Shown here one piece after another: positions 35,977 through 45,633 of a stretch of DNA of 64,000 nucleotides. Under the pieces are notes generated by a model that saw only the letters and a list, made by a program, of their open reading frames with translations, was not told the DNA's origin and made no database searches. Every line of letters begins with the position of its first letter. Position 1 is the first letter of the stretch. The translations under genes were made by a program, and so were the position numbers. This DNA comes from an uncultured Chloroflexia bacterium (GTDB taxonomy: Bacteria > Chloroflexota > Limnocylindria > Limnocylindrales > CSP1-4): the NCBI GenBank assembly GCA_963788235.1, contig CAWBFV010000007.1, positions 1,682-65,681 on the forward strand, in the 5' to 3' direction.

Positions 35977-37171
35977 TCAGCCGGGCAGCGCACCCGCCAG
36001 CACGCGGACCGCGTTCCGTCCCATGACGGCCGCGATGTCGTCGTCCGACAGGCCCTCGGCAAGCAACGCCTCGGTGAGCAGCGGCATCCCGGTGGCATCG
36101 AACGGCGTCGCCACGGCTCCGTCGAAGTCGGACCCGAGCCCGATGTGCTCGATGCCCGCGAGCTCGATGGCCTTCACGATCGAACGCGCGATCGCGGCGG
36201 CATCGCGACCACCGCACGCGACCGGCCAGAACCCGATCCCGACGAGCCCGCCGGTCGCCGCGATCCCCCGAACCTGGTCATCGGGGAGATTGCGGACGCC
36301 GGGTACCGCGGCGCGGACACCGGTGTGCGACGCGACCACGGGGCGGGCCGCCAGCGAGAGGACGTCGTCGATGGTCGCCGACGACGCGTGCGCGACGTCG
36401 AACACCATCCCACTGGCCTCGACGCGCGAGAGTAATTCCCGACCGAGCGCGGTCAGGCCGCCCTGGACCGGCGCCGTGGGCTGACCCGCCGAACGGGGTG
36501 TCGACGAAATGGGCCGGCGACAGCATCCGATATCCCGCACGGACCAGCGGCTCGAGCCGGTCGATGTCGCCCTCGAGCGCGTGGCCGCCCTCGATCGCGA
36601 GGAAGGCCGCGGTGATCTCGGGGTCGGTCGACCGGCGCTCGAGATAGGCGTCGAGATCGCGTCTCGACTCGATCAGCGTCAGCCTGCCGTCGGATCCGGC
36701 TGCCAGTGATCGCAGCCGCGCGGCCAGATGGAGGGCGCGGGCCGCCGGACTCCGCCAGGTCTCTCGGGGCCAGCGTTGCGAGACAGCGATCAGGGCGACG
36801 GCATCGCTTGTGTCGTCGTTGCGGACGAGGTTCGGGCGGATCGGCACCTTCGTCGAGGCGGCCAGGGCAATCAGCGCGATCCCGCCCTCGATGAGACGTG
36901 GGATATCGACGTGACCGTAGCCTGCCCGACGGCGAAGGTCGCGACCCCACAGCAGCGAATCCGCGTGGAGGTCGACGACCGTGAGGGTCCGGTGCAGCTC
37001 GACGGCCCGTGCCGACGCTCGGTACGGGCCGCGCTGGTGGACGCGATTGAGACGACGTTCAACAACGGCCGCCGCCGCGGGACCGGCTCGGCCGATCCCG
37101 ACGGCGACGGCCGTCATCGTTGCGAGAGCACCCGCCGCTGCTGCGGCGGCGCGGATCAGCGGCCGCGCCAC
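35977..37171 (-). CDS. Membrane dipeptidase (peptidase M19 family); apparent frameshift near 36465-36475
   Basis: VVDLHADS, SPAHFVDTPFGGSAHG, then in the other frame FDVAHAS, ASHTG and IGLGSDFDG. The start (GTG 37171) is uncertain. Confidence 0.85.
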
Positions 37172-37184
37172 CGAGCCGCGGTCA

Positions 37185-38045
37185 TTACTTCTTGGTTTCG
37201 TCCTCGGTGGGTTCCTCGACCGGCCGCTCGACGGGGGTCCGCCGGCGTCGCGGGGTGAAGAGGAGGCACGTGCCGACGGCCACACCGAGCATGACCGCCA
37301 CGAGGCGGATGCCGTCGCCACCGGACGTCCCCCCGAACACATCCGACGCATCGGTCGGCGGAAGCGTGCGAGTTCCCGTCGTCGGCTTCACGCCACCCGT
37401 CTCGGCCGGAGTCGGGTTCGGCGTCCTGGTGCCATCGGTCGCCGCCGGGGTCGGGGTCGGCGTGGGCGTGCCCTGGGTCGGGCCGACCTCGCCGCACTCC
37501 ATCTCGAGCGGGACGTTGCGTCCGACGATGTCCATCGGCGTGTAGCCGTCAGCGCTATCGTCGGCGACGAGGATGTGGGCGCGAAGGGTGTAGCTACCGG
37601 GCTTGAGTCCGGCACCGCCCTCGAACCCGTCGGCGAGCTCGCCATCACCGTTGACCCAGGCGAATTGGCCGTGCGTCGAGTCGATGATCTTCTTGCCATC
37701 GATCATGACGTAGGCCTCGTCGGTCCGGGTCTGGCGACCCTTCTCGTCACCCTGGACGAGCACGAGCGCGTACAGCGATTCGGCGTCGCAGTCGTACTGG
37801 AGGTACAGCTTGGCGCGCACCGGCCGGCCATCGACACCGGCGTCGGTCATATCCGAGAAGAACGTGGATCCGAGGGACCAGTCCCCCGTCGAGCCGTCGA
37901 CCGTCGCCGAACCGTCGGCGGGTGTCGGAGCGGCTGCGTAGGTGGCCGGCACGAGCGCGGCCAGGAGAAGCAGGGAACCGACCGCGATCGCGGCCGCTGA
38001 GCGGATCGACGGCATGCGTCGACGACCCCTGTGGAACCCCCGCAT
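37185..38045 (-). CDS. Secreted protein with a Pro/Thr linker and a C-terminal TM plus Arg-rich tail (possible sorting signal)
   Basis: AGGAGG lies 7 nt before ATG 38045, followed by a signal peptide. The tail reads TLPPTDASDVFGGTSGGDGIRLVAVMLGVAVGTCLLFTPRRRR. Confidence 0.6.
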   Translation of the reverse strand: MRGFHRGRRRMPSIRSAAAIAVGSLLLLAALVPATYAAAPTPADGSATVDGSTGDWSLGSTFFSDMTDAGVDGRPVRAKLYLQYDCDAESLYALVLVQGDEKGRQTRTDEAYVMIDGKKIIDSTHGQFAWVNGDGELADGFEGGAGLKPGSYTLRAHILVADDSADGYTPMDIVGRNVPLEMECGEVGPTQGTPTPTPTPAATDGTRTPNPTPAETGGVKPTTGTRTLPPTDASDVFGGTSGGDGIRLVAVMLGVAVGTCLLFTPRRRRTPVERPVEEPTEDETKK

Positions 38046-38261
38046 TCGAGAACCTCCTGAACTTGGTGTCGGGTACTTCCCGCCTGTGGCCGCTCCGGGA
38101 TTCCCCGGTCGACCCGATGAATGAAGACGGGGGCATCATCGCAGGGGGTCGCCCCCGGGTCTAGTACGAATGGGCCGATTCGCATCAAATGGGCGTACTA
38201 CCCGCAAGCCACCACACCGGCTCTTGGTGCACTGCACCGCAGCGGCCGTGGGAAAACCGGT

Positions 38262-38277
38262 GGTGCGCGCACGCACC
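38262..38277 (-). terminator. Hairpin plus T-run downstream of recO
   Basis: On the minus strand: GGTGCG-TGCG-CGCACC followed by ACCGGTTTTCCC. Confidence 0.45.
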
Positions 38278-38284
38278 AGGGGTC

Positions 38285-39076
38285 CTATGACCGGGGTACC
38301 AGCGGCCGTGACTCGCGGGGCTCGCGGACCTCGTCGAGGAACGCCAGCGAGCGCGCCTCGCGCTCGAGCGCCTGGCGGACGAAGTCGCGAAGGGCGGCTT
38401 CGACCTCCGACTCGACGGCTGGGTCCAGCCGGAGCCCGGCCAAGGCTTCGATATCGAGCCGTTGGTAGGCCTTGAGCAGCTTCAGCCCTTCCAACGTGAT
38501 GCCCGCACGATCGTGGGGTGGGCCCGGACAGCGCTCGCAGACGATCCCGCCGACCGGTGGCACCCAGCGGAAGCGCTCGTCGGACTCGAGCACGCGATCG
38601 CATTCGACGCAGCGATCGACCTCCGGGCGCACGCCCAGCTCATCGAGCAGGTGCATCTCGAACCAGCGCGCCACGCGGCCCGGCGCCATCCCGGCGTCCA
38701 GGAGCTCGTACGCCCGGCGCAGCAGCGCGTACAGCGGTTCCGCCGCATGGCGTTCCTCGAGCGACCGATCGGCCAGCTCGGCGAGGTACCAGGCCGTGGC
38801 AGCACTCTCGAGGCCGTCCCGAAGCTTCAGCCACGCGTGCCCGACGCGCACCTCGGTCACGACGTCGAACGTGCGGCCGCGGGCGAGTGCGACCGTGAGC
38901 TCGGCGAACGGCTCGAGGCTGCCGCCGAGGCGGGACGTCGGTCGACGGATGCCCTTGGCGATGGCCTTGAGCTTGCCGCCGGCGGGCGTGATCAGCGTGA
39001 GGACCCGGTCGGCCTCGCCGAGATCGAAGCGCGACAGCACGATCGCGTCCGTGGTGTAGCGACGGGGGACGGGCAT
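38285..39076 (-). CDS. recO: DNA repair protein RecO
   Basis: N-terminal OB-fold pattern (DAIVLSRFDLGEADRVLTLITPAGGKLKAIAKGIRR) and a zinc motif CVECDR...CERC. Confidence 0.92.
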   Translation of the reverse strand: MPVPRRYTTDAIVLSRFDLGEADRVLTLITPAGGKLKAIAKGIRRPTSRLGGSLEPFAELTVALARGRTFDVVTEVRVGHAWLKLRDGLESAATAWYLAELADRSLEERHAAEPLYALLRRAYELLDAGMAPGRVARWFEMHLLDELGVRPEVDRCVECDRVLESDERFRWVPPVGGIVCERCPGPPHDRAGITLEGLKLLKAYQRLDIEALAGLRLDPAVESEVEAALRDFVRQALEREARSLAFLDEVREPRESRPLVPRS

Positions 39077-39368
39077 CTCGAAACGGACCGTATCACCGCG
39101 GCGGATCGGGTGCGGGAACGCGGATCCACGCTCGGCCGGTGCCCGTCGTCACCGTCACGCGAACATCCTCGAAAAATCAATTCATCCGTCCGGGGGTCTG
39201 GTGCGTACCGGGGGCAAGACGCCGGTGCGGACGCGTCCCCCGCGCCGGCGTCTTGTCGCGCCCGCGACGGCGCGGTGAGCGGCCCCTGAGCCATGCGGGC
39301 GGCCGGGCGCTCGGCCGGCGGTCAACAGGCTACTTACAGTGGACACGTTTCGTTGTACACTGCCGCCG

Positions 39369-40394
39369 ATGACCATGACATCGACCGATCTCGACCTCAG
39401 CGAGCTGATCGCCGACACCGAAGGCGAGATCGTTCGGCTCGTGCGCGACCGAGATCCGTCGACGCACGGGCTGTACGAGATGGTGCGCTACCACCTCGCG
39501 CTCGACGGCACCGGCTCGAACGGCGGCAAGCGCATCCGTCCCCTGCTCGGCCTGCTCGCCTACGCCTCGATCGCCGGCGATCACCGAGCCGCGCTGCCCG
39601 GCGCCGCGGCGGTCGAGCTCGGGCACAACTTCAGCCTCGTCCACGACGACATCGAGGACGGCGACACCGAGCGGCGCCATCGACCGACCCTGTGGTCGAT
39701 CCACGGCATCCCGCAGGCGATCAACACCGGCGACACGCTGTTCAGCCTGTCGCGGATCGCCCTCCATCGACTGACGGATCTCGGCTTTTCTGACGCCAAG
39801 GTCCTACGGCTCATGCGCCTCTACGACGAGACGTGCCTCGCCCTGTGCGAAGGCCAGTACATCGACATCGCCACCGGCAAATCGAACGAGGTGATGTCGG
39901 TCGACGCCTACTTCGACATGATCGGGCGCAAGACCGCAGCGTTGATCGCCGGGTCGATCGAGGCGGGCGCGTTGCTCGCGACCGACGACGAGGACGTCAT
40001 CGCGCGATATCGCGGCTTCGGCTGGGCGCTCGGTATCGCGTTCCAGCTCAACGACGACCTGCTCGGGATCTGGGGCGCGGAGCAGGCGACCGGCAAGGCC
40101 GCGTCGGACGTCGCGCACAAGAAGAAGACGCTGCCGGTGATCTATGCGGTGGAGCACGCGGGACCCGAGGATCGGGCGCGCCTGCTGGAGCTCTACGGGC
40201 GGAGCGAGCCGACGGGTGCCGAGCTCGAGGAGATCGTCCGGATCCTCGAGCGCGTCGGTGCGCGCGACTACACCCGCGACACCGCGCGGCGGTATCGGGA
40301 CGAGGCGCTCGCGGAGCTCGATGCGGCGGGCGTCGTCTCGCCGGCGGCACGCGCGCGCCTCGAGGAGATCGTCGTCGGGGTGATCTCGGCCTGA
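39369..40394 (+). CDS. Polyprenyl (geranylgeranyl-type) diphosphate synthase
   Basis: First Asp-rich motif LVHDDIEDGD and second motif FQLNDDLLG. The start is uncertain (39339, 39369 or 39375). Confidence 0.9.
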   Translation: MTMTSTDLDLSELIADTEGEIVRLVRDRDPSTHGLYEMVRYHLALDGTGSNGGKRIRPLLGLLAYASIAGDHRAALPGAAAVELGHNFSLVHDDIEDGDTERRHRPTLWSIHGIPQAINTGDTLFSLSRIALHRLTDLGFSDAKVLRLMRLYDETCLALCEGQYIDIATGKSNEVMSVDAYFDMIGRKTAALIAGSIEAGALLATDDEDVIARYRGFGWALGIAFQLNDDLLGIWGAEQATGKAASDVAHKKKTLPVIYAVEHAGPEDRARLLELYGRSEPTGAELEEIVRILERVGARDYTRDTARRYRDEALAELDAAGVVSPAARARLEEIVVGVISA

Positions 40395-40398
40395 TCGG

Positions 40399-40418
40399 GC
40401 GGGGTCGGGGCGACCCGC
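40399..40418. terminator. Possible bidirectional hairpin between convergent genes
   Basis: GCGGGGTCG-GGG-CGACCCGC with one bulge. Confidence 0.4.
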
Positions 40419-40428
40419 TCGGCCCAGG

Positions 40429-41766
40429 CTAGCGGTCGACCTCGTCGTCGTCCGGGCCGCTCTCCTCGCGATTGCGGACCACCAGCACCTTCGACACGCG
40501 TCGGCCGTCGGTCGACTCGACGGTGAGCGTCAGGCCGTCGAGCGCGACCTGGTCGCCGGGCTTCGGCACGCCACCGATCCGGTGGTAGATCAGTCCACCG
40601 ACCGTGTCGTATTCGTCCTCGTCCTCGAGCGGGACCTGCGTCTCGAAGATCTCGGCGAGATCGTCGACCGAGGCACGCCCGTCGACGCGGGCCTCGTCCT
40701 CTGACAGGCGCACGATCATCGGCTCCTCGACGTCGTATTCGTCCTGGATCTCGCCGACGATCTCTTCGAGCAGGTCCTCGATCGTGACGAGCCCGGCCGT
40801 CCCGCCGTACTCGTCGAGCACGATCGCGAGATGTACCTTGCGCCGCTGCAGCTCGTGGAGGAGGTCGTCGACGGTCATCGACTCCGGGACGAACACCGGC
40901 GTCCGCAGCAGCGCGCGGAGCGGTGGCGGGTCCGGGGCGCCCTGCTTGAGGAACGGCAGCAGGTCCTTGGCGTAGACGATGCCGACGATCTCGTCGACGG
41001 TGTTCTCGTAGACCGGGATCCGGCTGTGGCCCTCGGCCACGATGGTGTCGATGGCGTCGCCGATCGTGGCGTCCGCCGTGAGCGCGACCATCGCGATGCG
41101 CGGGACCATGACCTCGTGGACGCGGCGGGTGCCGAGCTCGATGACCGCGTTGATCATCTGCTCCTCCTCGGCCTCGAGGATGCCCTGCTCGCCGCCGCGC
41201 TCGACGATCAGGCGCAGCTCCTCGGCCGTGATCTGGGCTTCGTTCGAGACCCGTGCGCCGACCATACCGGTGATCGCGTTGGTGATGCCGGTCAGCGCCG
41301 CGATCACCGGGGAGAGCACGCGTGCCAGGAACTCGACCGGGAGCGAGAGCGCGATCGCGAACCGCTCCGCGTTTGCGAGGGCCAGGGTCTTCGGCACGAG
41401 CTCGGCGAAGATGATCGTGAACAGCGCCAGGACGATCGTGACGATGATCAGGCTCAGGCCTTCCGAGGTGCGAGGGTCCACGCCGGCGCCCGTCAGCAAC
41501 CCGGTCAGCTGTTCGGTCAGGCTGACCGCCGCGTACGCGGACGCGAAGAACCCGATGATCGTGAGGCCGAGCTGCGAGACCGCCAGGAACTTGCCCGGCT
41601 CGTCGAGCAGGCGACGGACGCGGCGGGCGCCCGGTTGGCCCTCGTCGACCAGTTGCTCGATCCGGCTGCGGCGGACCGACACGAGCGCGATCTCGGCTGC
41701 GACGAAGAACCCCTCCAGCAACGTCAGGAGGGCGATGACCAGCAGCTCCCCGATCGGCACGTTCAC
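40429..41766 (-). CDS. Hemolysin/CNNM family protein (DUF21-CBS pair-CorC_HlyC)
   Basis: N-terminal DUF21 TMs (FFVAAEIALVSVRRSRI), CBS region and C-terminal transporter-associated domain. GTGA overlap with glmU. Confidence 0.88.
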   Translation of the reverse strand: MNVPIGELLVIALLTLLEGFFVAAEIALVSVRRSRIEQLVDEGQPGARRVRRLLDEPGKFLAVSQLGLTIIGFFASAYAAVSLTEQLTGLLTGAGVDPRTSEGLSLIIVTIVLALFTIIFAELVPKTLALANAERFAIALSLPVEFLARVLSPVIAALTGITNAITGMVGARVSNEAQITAEELRLIVERGGEQGILEAEEEQMINAVIELGTRRVHEVMVPRIAMVALTADATIGDAIDTIVAEGHSRIPVYENTVDEIVGIVYAKDLLPFLKQGAPDPPPLRALLRTPVFVPESMTVDDLLHELQRRKVHLAIVLDEYGGTAGLVTIEDLLEEIVGEIQDEYDVEEPMIVRLSEDEARVDGRASVDDLAEIFETQVPLEDEDEYDTVGGLIYHRIGGVPKPGDQVALDGLTLTVESTDGRRVSKVLVVRNREESGPDDDEVDR

Positions 41767-43211
41767 GCCGATGGCTCATCCGCTGCGGGTTCCGACGGTT
41801 TGGGCCGTGGCTCGCGGATCCGCGCGGGGACCCCGACGGCGAGCTTGCCCGGGGGCACGTCCTTCGTGACGACGGCACCCGCGCCGGTCTTCGCACCGGC
41901 GCCGATCTCGCGCGGCGCGACGATCATCGTGTCGACGCCGATGAACGCCCCGTCGCCGATCGTCGTGCGGCTCTTGCGCGACCCGTCGTAGTTGGCGGTG
42001 ATCGTCCCGGCCCCGATGTTGACGCCCTCGCCGACCTCGGCGTCGCCGAGGTAGCTCATGTGGTGCTGCTTCGAATCCGCACCGAGGTGCGTGTTCTTGA
42101 GCTCGGCGTAGTTGCCGACCTCCGCGCCGCGCCCGACGACGCTCCCCGGCCGCAGGTGGCTGTACGGCCCGATCGTGGCCTCGTCCTCGACGGTCGACGA
42201 CTCGACGATCGAGGCCCAGACACGGGTCCGCTGGCCGATCGTGCTGTCGATGACCTGGCTGCCGGCGCCGATGACGCTGCCCTCCCCCACCGACGTCGAT
42301 CCCCGCAGGATCACGTTCGGTTCGAGCGTGACGTCGGGGGCGAGCGTGACGTCCCAGTCGAGATAGACCGTCGAGGGGTCGCGCATCGTGACGCCGTCGC
42401 GCATGTGCTGCTCGTTGCGCCGGACCCGCAGGTTCCACTCGGCGGCGGCCAGCTGGGCGCGGTCGTTGATCCCGTCGAAGCGGCCGTCGTCCTCGAAGAC
42501 CACGGCGCTCACGAGTCGACCGTCCTCGCGCGCGAGCCGGATCAGCTCGGTGAGATACAGCTCCCCGGTTGCGGGCGATGGCTCGAGTGCACCGATCCGC
42601 CGGCGCAGCCAGGCGGCGTCGAACGCGTACAGGCCGGCGTTGATCTCGTTGTTGGCGAGCTCCTCCTCGGTCGCGTCCTTGGCCTCGACGATCAATTCGA
42701 CCGTCCCGAACTCGCTGCGGACGATCCGTCCGAGTCGGTCGGGCTCGGCGGCGAAGACCGTGGCCAGTGCGATCGCGGCGTCGTCCTCTCGCCTTGCGTC
42801 GAGGATCGCGACGAGGTCGGCGCCCGTGACGAGGGGCACATCGCCGTACAGGACGAGGATCTCGGTCGCCTCGTCGGGGACCGCCGGCAGTGCGACCTTG
42901 ACCGCGTCGCCGGTCCCGCGTGTCTCCTGCTGCAGCGCGAACTCGGCGCGGTCGGCGAACGGCTCGCGGATCGCATCGACTGGCGGCGAGTACACGACGA
43001 CGGGTCGGCCGCTCGTGGCGCCCTCTGACGTGCTCGCCTCGGCCCACGCGTCGAGCACGTACGCCAGCATCGGCCGGCCGCACAGCTCGTGGAGGACCTT
43101 GGGCAGCGTCGACTTCATCCGCGTGCCGAGCCCCGCGGCAAGCACGACCGCCGTGGTCCGAGCCGTATCGGGCCTCGCCGAGCTCGTCGAGTCGGGACTT
43201 GGAGGGTTCAT
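41763..43211 (-). CDS. glmU: Bifunctional UDP-N-acetylglucosamine pyrophosphorylase / glucosamine-1-phosphate N-acetyltransferase
   Basis: VVLAAGLGTRMKSTLPKVLH plus a C-terminal left-handed beta-helix hexapeptide region. The start is uncertain (43211 or 43250). Confidence 0.95.
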   Translation of the reverse strand: MNPPSPDSTSSARPDTARTTAVVLAAGLGTRMKSTLPKVLHELCGRPMLAYVLDAWAEASTSEGATSGRPVVVYSPPVDAIREPFADRAEFALQQETRGTGDAVKVALPAVPDEATEILVLYGDVPLVTGADLVAILDARREDDAAIALATVFAAEPDRLGRIVRSEFGTVELIVEAKDATEEELANNEINAGLYAFDAAWLRRRIGALEPSPATGELYLTELIRLAREDGRLVSAVVFEDDGRFDGINDRAQLAAAEWNLRVRRNEQHMRDGVTMRDPSTVYLDWDVTLAPDVTLEPNVILRGSTSVGEGSVIGAGSQVIDSTIGQRTRVWASIVESSTVEDEATIGPYSHLRPGSVVGRGAEVGNYAELKNTHLGADSKQHHMSYLGDAEVGEGVNIGAGTITANYDGSRKSRTTIGDGAFIGVDTMIVAPREIGAGAKTGAGAVVTKDVPPGKLAVGVPARIREPRPKPSEPAADEPSA

Positions 43212-43363
43212 GCGCGATGCCGGGCGTGCAGAGGGCGGTCGCCCCGGCATCGATCGCCCGGCGGGCGGAAGGATCGTGTCATCAGTCGGTCGCCGGATGG
43301 TATGGGCGGGCCGCTCGGAGCGTCAAGCAAGGTGAGCCCGCCCCACGGGACGCGTGGACCCGG

Positions 43364-43747
43364 CTAGGGCTTGCGTGCGATCGCCTCGATCTCGACCTTG
43401 AAGCCCTTCGGGAGCTGCTTCACGGCGACCGTGCTGCGCGCGGGCGGCGGGTCCGGGAAGAACGTGGCGTAGACGCCGTTCATCGCGGCGAAATCGTCCA
43501 TATCGGTGAGGAAGACCGTCGTCTTGACCACGTCGGCGAAGCCCACGCCGGCCGCGTCGAGCACCGCGCCGAGGTTGCGCAGCGTCCGCTGGGTCTCGTC
43601 CTCGACGGTGCCCGTCAGGAACTCACCGGTCGTGGCATCGATCGCGCCCTGGCCCGCGCAGAACACGAGATCGCCCGACACGATCGCCTGGCTGTAGGGC
43701 CCGACCGCCGCGGGCGCATTCGAGGTCGAGATCGCCTGTCGAGTCAT
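43364..43747 (-). CDS. ridA: RidA/YjgF family reactive intermediate deaminase
   Basis: 127 aa with APAAVGPYSQA and ARSTVAVKQLPKGFKVEIEAIA. Confidence 0.92.
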   Translation of the reverse strand: MTRQAISTSNAPAAVGPYSQAIVSGDLVFCAGQGAIDATTGEFLTGTVEDETQRTLRNLGAVLDAAGVGFADVVKTTVFLTDMDDFAAMNGVYATFFPDPPPARSTVAVKQLPKGFKVEIEAIARKP

Positions 43748-44742
43748 GTGGCTGGTCCCTCGTCTCCGGTTCGGATGGTCGTGGCGATGATCGACGGCGC
43801 CTCCCCACCGATCGACGGGATCGTCCCCGCTCGAACGGCCTCCTGGACGGTGGCCGCCGCGGCCTGCGCCTCGCCCAGCGAAGGATAGAGCGTCCAGAGC
43901 GTCGGCCCGGAACCGGACAGCCCGATCGGCCGGCTCAGGACCCGGGTCAGCGCCCGGCGAACGCCAACGAGCGCCGGCGCGACCAGGATCGCAGCCGCCA
44001 ACAGGTCGTTGGCCGCCGCGAGCACCCCGGCACGCGCCAGCAGGTCCGTCGCGGACAGGCCGTTGCCGAGCTCCTGGGCAAGATGCGCGGACGTCATCCG
44101 GATCGCGGGGTCGCCGCGCAGCGCGCCGTCGAACACCGCGAACACGTCCGGGGTGCGAACCGCGATCCGCGGTGTCACGAGCAGCACGCCTGGGTGGCCG
44201 TGCACGCCGCCGAGGGGCGTCACCCGTTCGCCACGACCCTCGACCAGCGCCGGTCGACCGACGAGGAAGAACGGCACGTCCGAGCCGATCGAAGCGGCAA
44301 CCCGGGCGCGGCGCTCGTCGTCGACGGCGTCGGCGGCACCCCACGCCTCGAGCGCACCGTCGACGGCCGCTGCGCCATCCGACGATCCGCCGCCGAGCCC
44401 CGCCGCGACCGGGATGTGCTTCTCGAGGCGCGCTGCGAGTGGCGGCGTCTCCGGTCGCCCGGGCCCTTGCCCGACCGCCTCGCGGGCGGCGGCGATGCCG
44501 CGCAGGACCAGGTTGTCGGCGGTCGGACCGGGGTCGAACCCGGTCACGTGGAGCGTGTCGTCGGCGCCACTCCCCGACGTTCCGGCCGGGGCGAGGCTGA
44601 GCCGGTCCGCGAGCGCGAGCGGCACGAACACCGAATGGAGGTCGTGGAACCCGTCGTCCCGTCGGCCGATGACCGCCAGCGTCAGGTTCAGCTTCGCCGG
44701 CGCGAGCCGGATGACCGGGGTGCGGTGGGCCGCCTCGGTCAC
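43744..44742 (-). CDS. ispE: 4-(cytidine 5'-diphospho)-2-C-methyl-D-erythritol kinase
   Basis: APAKLNLTLAV and the GHMP motif IPVAAGLGGGSSDGAA. GTGA overlap with rsmA and ATGA overlap with ridA. Confidence 0.9.
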   Translation of the reverse strand: MTEAAHRTPVIRLAPAKLNLTLAVIGRRDDGFHDLHSVFVPLALADRLSLAPAGTSGSGADDTLHVTGFDPGPTADNLVLRGIAAAREAVGQGPGRPETPPLAARLEKHIPVAAGLGGGSSDGAAAVDGALEAWGAADAVDDERRARVAASIGSDVPFFLVGRPALVEGRGERVTPLGGVHGHPGVLLVTPRIAVRTPDVFAVFDGALRGDPAIRMTSAHLAQELGNGLSATDLLARAGVLAAANDLLAAAILVAPALVGVRRALTRVLSRPIGLSGSGPTLWTLYPSLGEAQAAAATVQEAVRAGTIPSIGGEAPSIIATTIRTGDEGPAT

Positions 44743-45623
44743 GACCGTTTCCCGCGGTGGTCCGCGGCGAGCGGCCCGAGCGCCTCGCGCAGCACGAGCC
44801 ACTCGCCGACGGCGAGCGTCTGGGGCCGCCGATCCGGGGCGATCCCCGCCTTGGCGAGCGCGCCGTCGACGCGTGCCGCATCGACGGGGAGCTGCCGCGC
44901 CAGCACGTTGTGGAGCATCTTGCGTCGCTCGCGAAAGCCCGCTTGTACGAGCCGCCAGAGCCCGTCTTCCTCGTCCGGGTCGAGGCGGTCGTCGGCGTCG
45001 TACGGCTCGACCACGATGACCGCCGATTCGACCGCAGGCTCCGGCTCGAACGACTCGGGCGGCACGCGGAACGCGATCCGCACCCGGGCGTGGTACTGCA
45101 CGAACACCGACAGGTAGCTCATCTTCCCGGGCGGCGCCGCGATCCGTTCCGCGACCTCGCGCTGGACCATGAGCACGAGCCGTCGTGGCCGGGGCGTCTG
45201 GCCGAGCAGCGCGTGCAGGATCGGCGAGGTGATGTGGTACGGCAGGTTGGCGACCACGTCGTAGGGCGGCTCGAGGAGCCGGACGAGGTCGAGATCGAGG
45301 GCGTCGCCTTCGATGAGCTGGAGATCGCCGCGATCGAGGGCGGGTTCGAACCGGGATCGCAGGAACCCGGCCAGCCCGCGGTCGAGCTCGACGGCCGTCA
45401 CTGCGGCGCCGGCGTCGAGCAGACCGCCGGTGAGCAACCCGAGCCCCGGTCCGATCTCGAGGACCCGCTCGCCAGGCGCCGGGGCGGCCTCCGCGAGGAT
45501 CGCGGACAGCACGTCGGGATCCGCCAGGAAGTTCTGGGAGAGCGCGTGCCGGGCACGCAACCCGGCCGCACGGAGCGTGGACCGGACCTGCTCCGGATCG
45601 ATCGTGGCCCTTGCCGCGCTCAC
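44739..45623 (-). CDS. rsmA: 16S rRNA (adenine1518/1519-N6)-dimethyltransferase
   Basis: LSQNFL, the VLEIGPGLGLLT SAM motif and NLPYHITSPIL. The GTG 45623 start lies 10 nt after the tsaD stop. Confidence 0.93.
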   Translation of the reverse strand: MSAARATIDPEQVRSTLRAAGLRARHALSQNFLADPDVLSAILAEAAPAPGERVLEIGPGLGLLTGGLLDAGAAVTAVELDRGLAGFLRSRFEPALDRGDLQLIEGDALDLDLVRLLEPPYDVVANLPYHITSPILHALLGQTPRPRRLVLMVQREVAERIAAPPGKMSYLSVFVQYHARVRIAFRVPPESFEPEPAVESAVIVVEPYDADDRLDPDEEDGLWRLVQAGFRERRKMLHNVLARQLPVDAARVDGALAKAGIAPDRRPQTLAVGEWLVLREALGPLAADHRGKRS

Positions 45624-45633
45624 CGCCGGCCGG

